From a virus (Duplodnaviria; Caudoviricetes), in IMG/VR virus record IMGVR_UViG_3300020388_000692, positions 1 through 54,915 of that record: DNA of 54,915 bases; one strand, 5' to 3'. The translations under genes and the position numbers were made by a program. Of the stretch, positions 18,833 through 26,734 are shown piece after piece. The notes beneath the pieces are model-generated. The model worked only from the letters and a program-made list of their open reading frames with translations. It was not told where the DNA came from and ran no database searches. The number at the start of each line of letters is the position of its first letter. The stretch's first letter is position 1.

Positions 18833-19502
18833 GTTCTCCTGTTTTGTAATCGACGAACTTTTTGATGTACTCTGTGAGAAGTTTAATATAGTAACTCTTG
18901 TTTGTTTTTTCATAGACTTTGCATTCTCCGTTTTCGGCAACCATAATAGTAACAATTTTCTTGACTGGGATACCAGTCATTTCAAAATACATGCAAGCGT
19001 AAGCAGTCTCTTGCACGAAATAATTTTCAATCCATTCCTCGGGTTTAATCTTGGCCGAGGTCTTAAAGTCGATGACTGCAAGTTCTCCATCGTACTCTGC
19101 GATGCAGTCTACTCGTCCTGCGAGACCAAGATAGTCGCTATACAGCGACTGTTCTATAACATGTATGTTATTTATACGATCCAAATCTTTCTTTGCTGAT
19201 AGAAGGAGGAACTTCGTAGCAGGAAGCATCTCAATATCCTTGATAGGAACATTCTTAATGTATTGTTCTACTGCATCATGGAACTTTGTCCCACGAAATG
19301 TAGACTCTCTAAGAACTTTATTTGCTTCATCGTTCCCAACTTTCTTTCTCCACTTAACGAAGACTTCACGGTTGTAGAAACTTGTGACAGATGTGATAGA
19401 TGGATACATCTTTCCTGACGGGACTTCATAGAAACGAGTCCCGTCAATCATGGTTGCTGTTAAATCAGTCTCACCTTTTAAATTATCTAAATGGACAAAC
19501 AT
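18816..19502 (-). CDS. PD-(D/E)XK exonuclease (cyanophage exonuclease A type)
   Basis: YPSITSV..RGTKFH..LAGRVDCIAEYDGELAVIDFKTS..YFVQ..AYA. Confidence 0.88.
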   Translation of the reverse strand: MFVHLDNLKGETDLTATMIDGTRFYEVPSGKMYPSITSVTSFYNREVFVKWRKKVGNDEANKVLRESTFRGTKFHDAVEQYIKNVPIKDIEMLPATKFLLLSAKKDLDRINNIHVIEQSLYSDYLGLAGRVDCIAEYDGELAVIDFKTSAKIKPEEWIENYFVQETAYACMYFEMTGIPVKKIVTIMVAENGECKVYEKTNKSYYIKLLTEYIKKFVDYKTGEHGESS

Positions 19503-20269
19503 TAAATACCGAGTGCAATTTTAGTCATGATATAGTTACGGACAAATCCAGACCTAACAATATCATTAACGTCATACTCCACACAGGTAAAGTCGTCGGT
19601 CATTGCTTGGATGATTTTCATGAAATCGAGGATTCCGTTTCGTTCGTTGGTCTTCACGAGGTCAGACTGTGCTGCGTCACCACAGAAAACAATCTTACAG
19701 TTTTCACCAACTCTGGTTATTATACTATCTAACTCGTGAAAATTCAAGTTTTGCATCTCGTCAACGATGATGATGCAGTTATCCATGGTGGTTCCACGAA
19801 GGAATGATGTAGACCAGAAACGAATAGTCTCCTGTGCCTTGAGTGCTCCATAAAGCATCTCAAACTCATTCTCATCCTGCATCTCAAACATATACTTTAC
19901 CATATTCTTGTACGGAATCTGGTACAGTGCTGCCTTATCTTCATGATCACCTGGAAGGAAACCAATCTCACGAGTAGCAACGAGAGAACGAACCACATAC
20001 ACCTTTTCATAAGGTGTGAATTGATCTAATACATCTTTGAGTGCAAGATAAAGAGCAATGAATGTCTTACCTGTACCTGCTGCACCATAAGCAAACATGT
20101 TCTTGCCTGCTTTGTATGACTCAAAGAACTTTTCTTGGTTATCTGTCAATGGTTTAATATCAACCATCAGATCAGAATTGATTGGTTTCTTTCTCTTCAG
20201 TTTTCGGGAACTCATACTACCAATGCCACTAATGGCATCACTGTTTCCTTTTCTTTTTCTTGCTGGCAT
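19502..20269 (-). CDS. phoH: PhoH family ATPase
   Basis: GAAGTGKT Walker A, REIGFLPG, SFLRGTT, DEMQN, GDAAQSDL, DIVRSG. Confidence 0.96.
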   Translation of the reverse strand: MPARKRKGNSDAISGIGSMSSRKLKRKKPINSDLMVDIKPLTDNQEKFFESYKAGKNMFAYGAAGTGKTFIALYLALKDVLDQFTPYEKVYVVRSLVATREIGFLPGDHEDKAALYQIPYKNMVKYMFEMQDENEFEMLYGALKAQETIRFWSTSFLRGTTMDNCIIIVDEMQNLNFHELDSIITRVGENCKIVFCGDAAQSDLVKTNERNGILDFMKIIQAMTDDFTCVEYDVNDIVRSGFVRNYIMTKIALGI

Positions 20270-20271
20270 AC

Positions 20272-20520
20272 TTAGATTTTAGTGATGTTAGAACCTGGGG
20301 TTTTCTTGACTTTAGATAGAACATCGTTCCATCCTGGATTCTTCTTGCGAAGTTTATCTTTCCATTCACCGACTTCACCGGACTGTGGACAGGTAGATGG
20401 ATCACTCCAATCTCTGTGCCAGTCAGGATTATCTGTACACCACTGAGACCATTCAGTGACACTCATCACGACTTCTTTCTGTTCGCCAGTCTCTTTATGG
20501 ACTACTGGGTATGTTGCCAT
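20272..20520 (-). CDS. conserved T4-like cyanophage hypothetical protein
   Basis: MATYPV..TGEQKEV.MS..W..NPDW.RDW..GWNDVL; TAATAAATA late-promoter-like site just upstream. Confidence 0.75.
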   Translation of the reverse strand: MATYPVVHKETGEQKEVVMSVTEWSQWCTDNPDWHRDWSDPSTCPQSGEVGEWKDKLRKKNPGWNDVLSKVKKTPGSNITKI

Positions 20521-20546
20521 AGTTACAAAACTCAATGAATTATTTA

Positions 20547-21182
20547 TTAGACCCACTCAAGGGCTTCGGAAACAGTAGGGAACTGTTCGATGAATACTTT
20601 CTTAGCATCCTCTGCGACTTGCATATGCTCCTTCTGAGTGCCGTTAGCAGTCCTCAGAGTTATGTAATGTATCCATGACCTACATGAACCTGTCATGTAA
20701 ATTTTAGTGGGCGTACACAGTGGAAGCACATTTCTTGCACATTCCTTTGCCACACCTCTTTCAAGCATCTGCTGATACAGAGCCATTGATGAATCAAACA
20801 GAGTCTGCATCTGAAGTTCCAAGTTCTGAGTCAGGAAAGGATCGAGATCATCAATAGAGTTTTGACGATTCTTTGTATCTTGACGGCGTAATTCAGGTAA
20901 AGGAATTTTATTACTAAGCAGAGATGAATCTGCATACCGTTGAGAAAATTCTTGATAGGTGAAACTACGGTGCCTTAAAATTTGAGCCGCAATTGCACGG
21001 GTAGTATCAATCTCTAAAGTCATTGTAGACTGCTCAAAGACAGACCAATGATTATGCTTAATACAATAACGTAAAAGACCTGCATACTTATCATTTTCCT
21101 GGTTACTTGGGTTGGAAACCCTGGCGATATATGCCATGGTCTTTTCTGCGTCAGGAGTAACGCTTACTAGTTGTACTCTCAT
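20547..21182 (-). CDS. thyX: flavin-dependent thymidylate synthase
   Basis: HWSVFE, QILRHRSFTYQEFSQRY, KECARNVLP. Confidence 0.97.
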   Translation of the reverse strand: MRVQLVSVTPDAEKTMAYIARVSNPSNQENDKYAGLLRYCIKHNHWSVFEQSTMTLEIDTTRAIAAQILRHRSFTYQEFSQRYADSSLLSNKIPLPELRRQDTKNRQNSIDDLDPFLTQNLELQMQTLFDSSMALYQQMLERGVAKECARNVLPLCTPTKIYMTGSCRSWIHYITLRTANGTQKEHMQVAEDAKKVFIEQFPTVSEALEWV

Positions 21183-21185
21183 AGT

Positions 21186-21353
21186 TCAGTCGGGATAACC
21201 ATCATCGTCTTCAAAAACCTCATCGTAGTCTCCTACAAGTGTAGTATTTCTTTCATATGTATATGCATCTATATCTGAGTAAACCTCAGACTCCAGAGCA
21301 TCTACAAGAGATTTGAGATTACGTACAATGAGTTTTAATTTTTCTTTGTCCAT
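21186..21353 (-). CDS. conserved acidic small protein (MDKEKLKLIVRNLKSLVDALESEVYSD...)
   Basis: Start reassigned to the ATG downstream of the promoter at 21376-21404. Confidence 0.75.
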   Translation of the reverse strand: MDKEKLKLIVRNLKSLVDALESEVYSDIDAYTYERNTTLVGDYDEVFEDDDGYPD

Positions 21354-21375
21354 AAACTCAATACCGTATGCTACT

Positions 21376-21412
21376 ATTTTACACAAAAAAAGCGTGTCTG
21401 TCAAGACACGCT
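21376..21412 (-). promoter_or_regulatory. overlapping terminator and sigma70 promoter
   Basis: AGCGTGTC-TTGACA-GACACGCT-T-run hairpin; its loop is the -35, 17 nt from TAAAAT. Confidence 0.75.
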
Positions 21413-21418
21413 GTAGAA

Positions 21419-21589
21419 TTAACCTAGTAATCTCCTACATATTCGTTTGCAACTGGACTGTGAGTCATCGCACTCTATTAAACAATCAAAGTAGTCGTTT
21501 GTTAAATCTATTTCGTCATTGTATAGATTTAAGTTGTGTCCAATATTCCTCCATTCTGCTAATTGGTTACTTGACATAACATTATGCAT
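21419..21589 (-). CDS. 56-aa protein with twin CX3C motif (...DYFDCLIECDDSQSSCKRICRRLLG)
   Basis: Hand-translated; bounded by terminators on both sides. Confidence 0.7.
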   Translation of the reverse strand: MHNVMSSNQLAEWRNIGHNLNLYNDEIDLTNDYFDCLIECDDSQSSCKRICRRLLG

Positions 21590-21712
21590 GGTTTAATCCG
21601 TAAGAGTTTGCTTCATAATATTAAATTAGGGGTTTCAGATCATTGGCAGTATTTTAATTCTATACTATCTAGTCAGCGTATGCTAACTTAATGAAGTTAG
21701 TGTAATGTTTAC

Positions 21713-21741
21713 AAAAAAAGACAGGCAGTAAAGCCTGTCTT
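21713..21741 (-). terminator. rho-independent terminator after the DUF4278-like gene
   Basis: AGACAGGC-TTTACT-GCCTGTCT-T-run. Confidence 0.85.
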
Positions 21742-21747
21742 TAAAAT

Positions 21748-21915
21748 TCACTTAGCGTAGGTCTTACCACGATAACAGAATGTACCGTGGGTTTCCTTGC
21801 TTTCTACACAACGAGTATCATACTCAACACCACGATAGGTGGTGTGAAGAACTTGTGCGTTGTGGATTGCAGATGCCTTTTGGATCTGCCTGCGAATCAG
21901 GTTTAAGGTGTTCAT
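21748..21915 (-). CDS. DUF4278-like (IF17 N-terminus-like) 55-aa protein
   Basis: MNTLNLIRRQIQKASAIHNAQVLHTTYRGVEYDTRCVESKETHGTFCYRGKTYAK; two YRGxxY motifs; AGGAG SD; downstream of glnA-like RNA. Confidence 0.8.
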   Translation of the reverse strand: MNTLNLIRRQIQKASAIHNAQVLHTTYRGVEYDTRCVESKETHGTFCYRGKTYAK

Positions 21916-21951
21916 AGTAGGTTACTCCTAAAGTAGTTGGATTTTTAGGTC

Positions 21952-22177
21952 CGTTCCTTTAGTCGTTTGCGTCCCAAGGACATTCAGGAGTTGCCTCCTG
22001 AATTGTCAAAACTATTTCATCTTTTATAGCACCCATCATTTCTTCCTGTCTTTTGACACGCTGAATAATTTCAGATGCATCTTCACAGGTGATAGTTGCG
22101 TATAATAATAAATCAATCATGGGATGAACGCTCCGTTCCGCGACTTACTTGCGTCCCGCCCTAGAGCGGGATGAACG
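21952..22177 (-). ncRNA. double glutamine-riboswitch-like (glnA motif) RNA
   Basis: Two copies of CGUUCAUCCC...GGGACGCAA...GAACGG; E-loop strand AAGUA; complementary AGUCG/CGACU; begins at the promoter start site. Confidence 0.75.
21959..22120 (-). CDS. 53-aa protein nested in the riboswitch (MIDLLLYATITCEDASEIIQRVKRQEEMMGAIKDEIVLTIQEATPECPWDAND)
   Basis: Hand-translated ATG-to-TAA ORF; both ends lie in aptamer helices. Confidence 0.65.
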   Translation of the reverse strand: MIDLLLYATITCEDASEIIQRVKRQEEMMGAIKDEIVLTIQEATPECPWDAND

Positions 22178-22185
22178 ACAGGTCT

Positions 22186-22214
22186 AGTATAGACCATTAT
22201 CTCTATTTAGTCAA
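22186..22214 (-). promoter_or_regulatory. sigma70 promoter for the riboswitch leader, with overlapping CTAAATA late-like site
   Basis: TTGACT-17 nt-TATACT, ending about 8 nt before aptamer 1. Confidence 0.75.
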
Positions 22215-22398
22215 GCAGTTTTGTATCATCAGATACAGAATTTTCCTTTAACAGGTTGGAGACTACCTTCTCCGTACCGTCCATAACCTTGATCTGATAC
22301 AGGTTGGACTTCATATACTTTTTAATTTTCTTGTACTTCTTCTTGACTTGCTCGATACCATCAAAGTTGATATCAACATTCAGACTCTTGTCACTCAT
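22207..22398 (-). CDS. hypothetical protein
   Basis: 63-aa Lys-rich ORF, ATGA-coupled. Confidence 0.65.
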   Translation of the reverse strand: MSDKSLNVDINFDGIEQVKKKYKKIKKYMKSNLYQIKVMDGTEKVVSNLLKENSVSDDTKLLD

Positions 22399-22688
22399 TT
22401 CTTTTTCTTTTCTTCTTTCTTAGGTTCGCTACCAGGAGCGTTCCACATCTTAGGGTTGACGTTACCACCAGACTGCCTCATGGTAACAAACCTATCGTGA
22501 TACTTATCCCAGTAGTGATCAAAGATATCTACTTGCTTGTTAGCGACAGCCAAATCAAACTTTGAGTTACCTTCCTCATCCTTGTATTCAATGATGTAAC
22601 ATGTATATGGGAGAGACTTATCATTTCCCATTTCAACATCAACATCTTCTTGGAGGATTCTTATCTTAGTCAACTGCGACCTCCCCAC
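22395..22688 (-). CDS. conserved cyanophage hypothetical protein
   Basis: KSLPYTCY..VDIFDHYWDKY..NPKMW. Confidence 0.7.
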   Translation of the reverse strand: MGRSQLTKIRILQEDVDVEMGNDKSLPYTCYIIEYKDEEGNSKFDLAVANKQVDIFDHYWDKYHDRFVTMRQSGGNVNPKMWNAPGSEPKKEEKKKK

Positions 22689-23296
22689 TTAATATCAGGA
22701 TATGCCTCAGAAACAATCTCCTTGTTAATACTATACTTCTCTTCCAGGTTCTTATCCTTTACCAGGCACAGAATCTCTGCGTCAAGTGGATGCAGACCTT
22801 CAAGCATATTAATAAACATTGTCTCTCTACGAAGAGACTTCAGTTGGTCGTTACCACCCTTACAGAAGTTATAGAACCTTTGGTATTCCTTGCGGATAGT
22901 GGTCTTACCCGCCTTCAGGTCACTCATACCCAGAGAAGCACTATCAAGATATTCCATAGTACCAACTGCCTGAGCAATTTTGGTGCTCAAAGTGCCAGTG
23001 GTGATCTGTTCATCTTTCATGCTGGAGTATGGGACTTCTCCAGGGGGGAGCAGAGAGATTACACTTGGGTCAAAGTTCCAAATGAATAATGCTTTAAGTG
23101 AATCGTGCTCGTATTTCCTCAGGACTTCTACCTTCTTTGCTCTTGTCTTCTGTTTATTGACAAGAGCAAAGATTTCAAAGACAAAAGGATTGGGTGGCAG
23201 TTCCATTGTTGCTGGTACTGCCTTTCTTCTAGGAGGGTTCGCTTTCTTAATCGTCGCCTTCCTCGTCGTGGTCTTGGGTTTCGTAGTCATTTTCAA
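22670..23296 (-). CDS. conserved T4-like hypothetical protein
   Basis: IWNFDPSV.SLLPPGEVPY..RRETMFINMLEGLHP.DAEIL. Confidence 0.8.
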   Translation of the reverse strand: MKMTTKPKTTTRKATIKKANPPRRKAVPATMELPPNPFVFEIFALVNKQKTRAKKVEVLRKYEHDSLKALFIWNFDPSVISLLPPGEVPYSSMKDEQITTGTLSTKIAQAVGTMEYLDSASLGMSDLKAGKTTIRKEYQRFYNFCKGGNDQLKSLRRETMFINMLEGLHPLDAEILCLVKDKNLEEKYSINKEIVSEAYPDIKWGGRS

Positions 23297-23474
23297 ATCG
23301 TACTGCTAAAATTTCATCTGGTAATACATTACCATATTCATCCAACATTTCAGGATGCATATATGGCATGGTCTGTCGCTGAAGCACTTCTCTTGTAAGA
23401 TATCCAACTACTAATCCAAGGAGTAGGAATTGAATTGTAACAAGAGAGAAAAGGGTTATAGTTGCGGCAGTCAT
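23247..23474 (-). CDS. small membrane protein
   Basis: N-terminal TM helix; HPEM.DE.GN..PDEILAVRFEN. Confidence 0.7.
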   Translation of the reverse strand: MTAATITLFSLVTIQFLLLGLVVGYLTREVLQRQTMPYMHPEMLDEYGNVLPDEILAVRFENDYETQDHDEEGDD

Positions 23475-23692
23475 AGTCCTTCTCCGAGAGATTTCTTTTT
23501 GATTAGTAATGATATCTCAAAACTAAAATGAATCTCCCTTCCGAAGAGAGAGACCATTTTGGCAAACTTAATATAGTTTCCCTTTCGAGGTTTGCGTCTC
23601 CCTCCTATTAGTAATTCTACACCTTTATTTATTGTTATCTCAGAGAACTTTGTTTTCCCTGAGGAACTTGATCGTTTCACTACATCCTCCAA
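23471..23692 (-). CDS. hypothetical protein (start uncertain)
   Basis: INKGVELL..RR..SLFGREIHFSFEISL; 5' end overlaps glutaredoxin. Confidence 0.55.
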   Translation of the reverse strand: MEDVVKRSSSSGKTKFSEITINKGVELLIGGRRKPRKGNYIKFAKMVSLFGREIHFSFEISLLIKKKSLGEGL

Positions 23693-23876
23693 TCTTTTTT
23701 TGATCCGCTAGGATTTGAGGAAATGATGTACCTTGTCCGAACTCACCATAGAATTCGTTTGCGGTAAAGTCTCTTCCAAGTTTATACTCTACAAACTTCT
23801 GTTCAGTTAATGAGAGCACCTGAACTACCTTATCACAGTAAGGACATCCTGGTTTGGAATATACAATGAATGTCAT
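23640..23876 (-). CDS. nrdC: glutaredoxin
   Basis: YSKPGCPYC, SFPQI, IGG. Confidence 0.92.
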   Translation of the reverse strand: MTFIVYSKPGCPYCDKVVQVLSLTEQKFVEYKLGRDFTANEFYGEFGQGTSFPQILADQKKIGGCSETIKFLRENKVL

Positions 23877-24517
23877 TTCTGTGCCTCTGCCCAGTCATGA
23901 TCAAAGATTGCAAGACCCATATCGGTGAGGATATGATCGTACATCTTATCAAACACGGAGGGTGGCATAGTCACGACGCTAGCACCATTATACCAGGAGC
24001 GGACTGCACGGTGGACACTGCGGATAGAAGCAGAGAGCACCTGCGTAGGAGCACCCGTGATACGATACAGTTCAGAGATAGACCGAACTACCTCCAGACC
24101 TGCCACTGATTGGTCATCCAGACGCCCCACAAAGGGCGAAACATAATATGCGCCTGCCCTAGCGGCAAGCACTGCCTGAGCGGCAGAGAAGATCAGAGTG
24201 ACGTTTACGCGAATGTTGTTGTATGAGAGTTGTCTGCATGCCTCAATACCATCACGAGTCATAGGGACTTTGATGGTAGCAGGGAATCCAAACTCCTCAA
24301 CCAAACGACGACCTTCTGCGATCATCTCATCAGCAGTTCCAACAACTTCCATACTGATATCATTGATACCCATATCTTTGATCTCTTGATAGACATCATC
24401 AGGTTTCCGACCACTCTTCATAATCAGAGTGGGGTTAGTGGTAATGCCGTCAATCAATCCAGTGTCATTATATTTACGGATTAGTTCTGTATCTGCGGTA
24501 TCCAGAAAAATCTTCAT
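23873..24517 (-). CDS. talC: transaldolase (TalC/FSA type)
   Basis: IFLDTAD, GITTNPTL, TIKVP, NVTLIFS, YVSPFVGRLDD, LSASIR. Confidence 0.96.
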   Translation of the reverse strand: MKIFLDTADTELIRKYNDTGLIDGITTNPTLIMKSGRKPDDVYQEIKDMGINDISMEVVGTADEMIAEGRRLVEEFGFPATIKVPMTRDGIEACRQLSYNNIRVNVTLIFSAAQAVLAARAGAYYVSPFVGRLDDQSVAGLEVVRSISELYRITGAPTQVLSASIRSVHRAVRSWYNGASVVTMPPSVFDKMYDHILTDMGLAIFDHDWAEAQK

Positions 24518-24735
24518 TTAAGTCCGTCTAATAGTTCTCTTTCGTCATTATATAGAAAATTCATATCTTTGTCAAGAAAATATTCGATTCCCATCACAAC
24601 ATCAGGCACCAACCATTCATGAACTGGAAGACAATACTGCCAGTTCACAGGTTGAACACAATTCATAACCACTACTGACCAAAAGGCAGTAGTGTAATTG
24701 ATAATACTTGTCATGTTACTTTCCCAATCACCCAT
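24514..24735 (-). CDS. hypothetical protein
   Basis: FWSVVVMNCVQPVNWQYCLPVHEWL; coupled to talC. Confidence 0.65.
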   Translation of the reverse strand: MGDWESNMTSIINYTTAFWSVVVMNCVQPVNWQYCLPVHEWLVPDVVMGIEYFLDKDMNFLYNDERELLDGLK

Positions 24736-25640
24736 GACCTCAGTCCATGTGGTACATCTGAAATAATTTCTTGCGACAATTGAACTGCATCCTCAGGTAC
24801 AACTATACAGAATCCAATGCCAAGATTGAATACATTACGCATCTCATCCTCAGCAATATCTCCTGCTTTCTGTATCTTATTGAAGAGTTCTGGTCTTTCC
24901 CAAGAGTTATAATCAACATCAACAGTTAGACCTTTAGGGAGACACCTAGGAAGATTCTCTGGGATACCACCACCAGTGATGTGTGCCATACCGAGGATAG
25001 GGACCACATCCAACATATCCTGAATAAGAGGAGAATAAATTGTAGTTGGTTTTAGCAACTCTGGCATCTCTTTATACTTAATATAATTCCTCCACAACAT
25101 ATCATTGACAAGAGTGTATCCATTACTATGAAGACCGCTACTCTCAATACCAATGACTACATCACCTGCTCTGATATTTTTACCATCAACGATATCAAAC
25201 TTCTCTACAATACCAGTACAGAAACCAGCAAGGTCATAGTCAGTTGCTCTAAAATGTTCGGCAGTCTCACCACCTAGGAGATCCATCTGAGCAATCTCAC
25301 AACCTTTAGCAATACCACTCACAATGTCACTGACATTAGCATCCAGTGATTTGGTAGAGATATAGTCTAGAAAATATAATGGTTTAGCGCCAGAACATAT
25401 AACGTCATTGACGCACATAGCAACGAGATCCTGACCAATAGTGGTGTAATCATCAGCAATTCTACAAATATTAATTTTAGTTCCAACACCATCAGCACCA
25501 GATACCAGCACAGGTTTCTCGTATCCTAATGGAATCTCCATCATTCCATTGAATCCACCAATACTAGGCGATAATGTCTTAATATACTCTACAAAGGATC
25601 GACCCTTTTGAATATCAACGCCAGAAGTTTTATAGTCCAT
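24711..25640 (-). CDS. purM: phosphoribosylaminoimidazole (AIR) synthetase
   Basis: YKTSGVDI, DGVGTK, GQDLVAMCVND, PLYFLDY, GGETAE, SSGLHSNGY, AHITGGG, FNLGIG. Confidence 0.96.
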   Translation of the reverse strand: MDYKTSGVDIQKGRSFVEYIKTLSPSIGGFNGMMEIPLGYEKPVLVSGADGVGTKINICRIADDYTTIGQDLVAMCVNDVICSGAKPLYFLDYISTKSLDANVSDIVSGIAKGCEIAQMDLLGGETAEHFRATDYDLAGFCTGIVEKFDIVDGKNIRAGDVVIGIESSGLHSNGYTLVNDMLWRNYIKYKEMPELLKPTTIYSPLIQDMLDVVPILGMAHITGGGIPENLPRCLPKGLTVDVDYNSWERPELFNKIQKAGDIAEDEMRNVFNLGIGFCIVVPEDAVQLSQEIISDVPHGLRSWVIGKVT

Positions 25641-25770
25641 CTTTCGACAACTCCTTGACATGTTTCTTCAATCGTTCTTTCTCTTCTGGGTTTCCAGGTC
25701 TCTTTGCATTACCTTTGTTATGCATTTTTTGATACTGTTCAGCACCCAGGTTGTCTAGAAAGTCATTCAT
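25630..25770 (-). CDS. hypothetical 46-aa protein (MNDFLDNLGAEQYQKMH...)
   Basis: Hand-translated; ATGA-coupled to the upstream ORF. Confidence 0.55.
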   Translation of the reverse strand: MNDFLDNLGAEQYQKMHNKGNAKRPGNPEEKERLKKHVKELSKDGL

Positions 25771-26039
25771 CCTACAATCTCTCCTGCTCTAATTTTTTGT
25801 AGTTGGTCAAGTTTCCATATAATATATTCAATACTTGGAATACACTGAGGATTCCAACCAACGAACCCATATGTCTCACCAGAATTCATCACCCAACAGG
25901 GAGCATCATCATTATCAAGGTCCAATGATGCTCTGTATGCTTCTTCACCCATCAGTACAACTGCTCTCTCACTTTCAGTCAATACACTGAAGCAGGTGAA
26001 GGCATGTTTTCTGATTTCATCTGGGAGATAATCTTTCAT
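25767..26039 (-). CDS. hypothetical protein
   Basis: 90-aa ORF coupled to purC. Confidence 0.65.
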   Translation of the reverse strand: MKDYLPDEIRKHAFTCFSVLTESERAVVLMGEEAYRASLDLDNDDAPCWVMNSGETYGFVGWNPQCIPSIEYIIWKLDQLQKIRAGEIVG

Positions 26040-26734
26040 GTAACTGCTAGTGGTTGTAACTTATCTAGAATCTGACGATAGGCAGGAACAATATCACCCT
26101 CATCCTTTCTGAATAGATCCTTATCGAATCTTTCCTCCCCACCAATCTTCCATAGTCTCATACTATCAGGACTGATCTCATCAGCGAGATACAGATCACC
26201 ATGAGCATCATATCCATACTCAACCTTGAAGTCAACGAGATCAATACCTAGGATATAAAATAACGAACGAAGAATGTCATTGATACGCAATGTCATTTCA
26301 ATAAAAGGTTTTGGATCATATCCCATGAGACGCACACGGTCAGGTGTGAGCAGAGGATCATGTTTACTGTCATCCTTCAAAAAGAATTCAACGATAGGTT
26401 GTGGAAGTGGTTGACCTTCATTGAGGGTTGTCTCACGAACAATAGATCCAGCAGCACGATTTCTACAAATAACTTCCAAGGGAACGATATCTACCTTCTT
26501 ACAGATCATCTTATTAGCACCAACCATATTGATATAATGAGTTGGAATAAGTTCCTTAGCAAGTTTCTCAAAGATGAGAGCAGAGATACTACAACAGAGA
26601 GATCCTTTACCTAACGGATGATCTTCCTTCTCACCGTTGCCTGCCGTTACCTTATCATGATATTCAATAATAACTTGTTGTGAATCATCACCTTGATAGA
26701 CAGTTTTGACTTTGCCCTCAATGATCACTTCCAT
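26036..26734 (-). CDS. purC: SAICAR synthetase
   Basis: EGKVKTVY, PLEVICRNRAAGS, EFFLKDD, LVDFKVEYG, LADEISPDSMRLW, DKDLFR. Confidence 0.96.
   Translation of the reverse strand: MEVIIEGKVKTVYQGDDSQQVIIEYHDKVTAGNGEKEDHPLGKGSLCCSISALIFEKLAKELIPTHYINMVGANKMICKKVDIVPLEVICRNRAAGSIVRETTLNEGQPLPQPIVEFFLKDDSKHDPLLTPDRVRLMGYDPKPFIEMTLRINDILRSLFYILGIDLVDFKVEYGYDAHGDLYLADEISPDSMRLWKIGGEERFDKDLFRKDEGDIVPAYRQILDKLQPLAVT

Noticed and set aside
18816-19502. Cas4-like nuclease suggesting a CRISPR system
   Set aside because: No repeat-spacer array or other cas genes seen, and no Cas4 Fe-S cysteine set; this is the usual exonuclease between phoH and gp33.
20520-20546. Pho box upstream of the phoH operon
   Set aside because: Only a late-promoter-like TAATAAATA is visible; no tandem PhoB-type repeats.
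21313-21579. 88-aa plus-strand ORF
   Set aside because: It crosses a terminator/promoter and is antisense to two better minus-strand ORFs.
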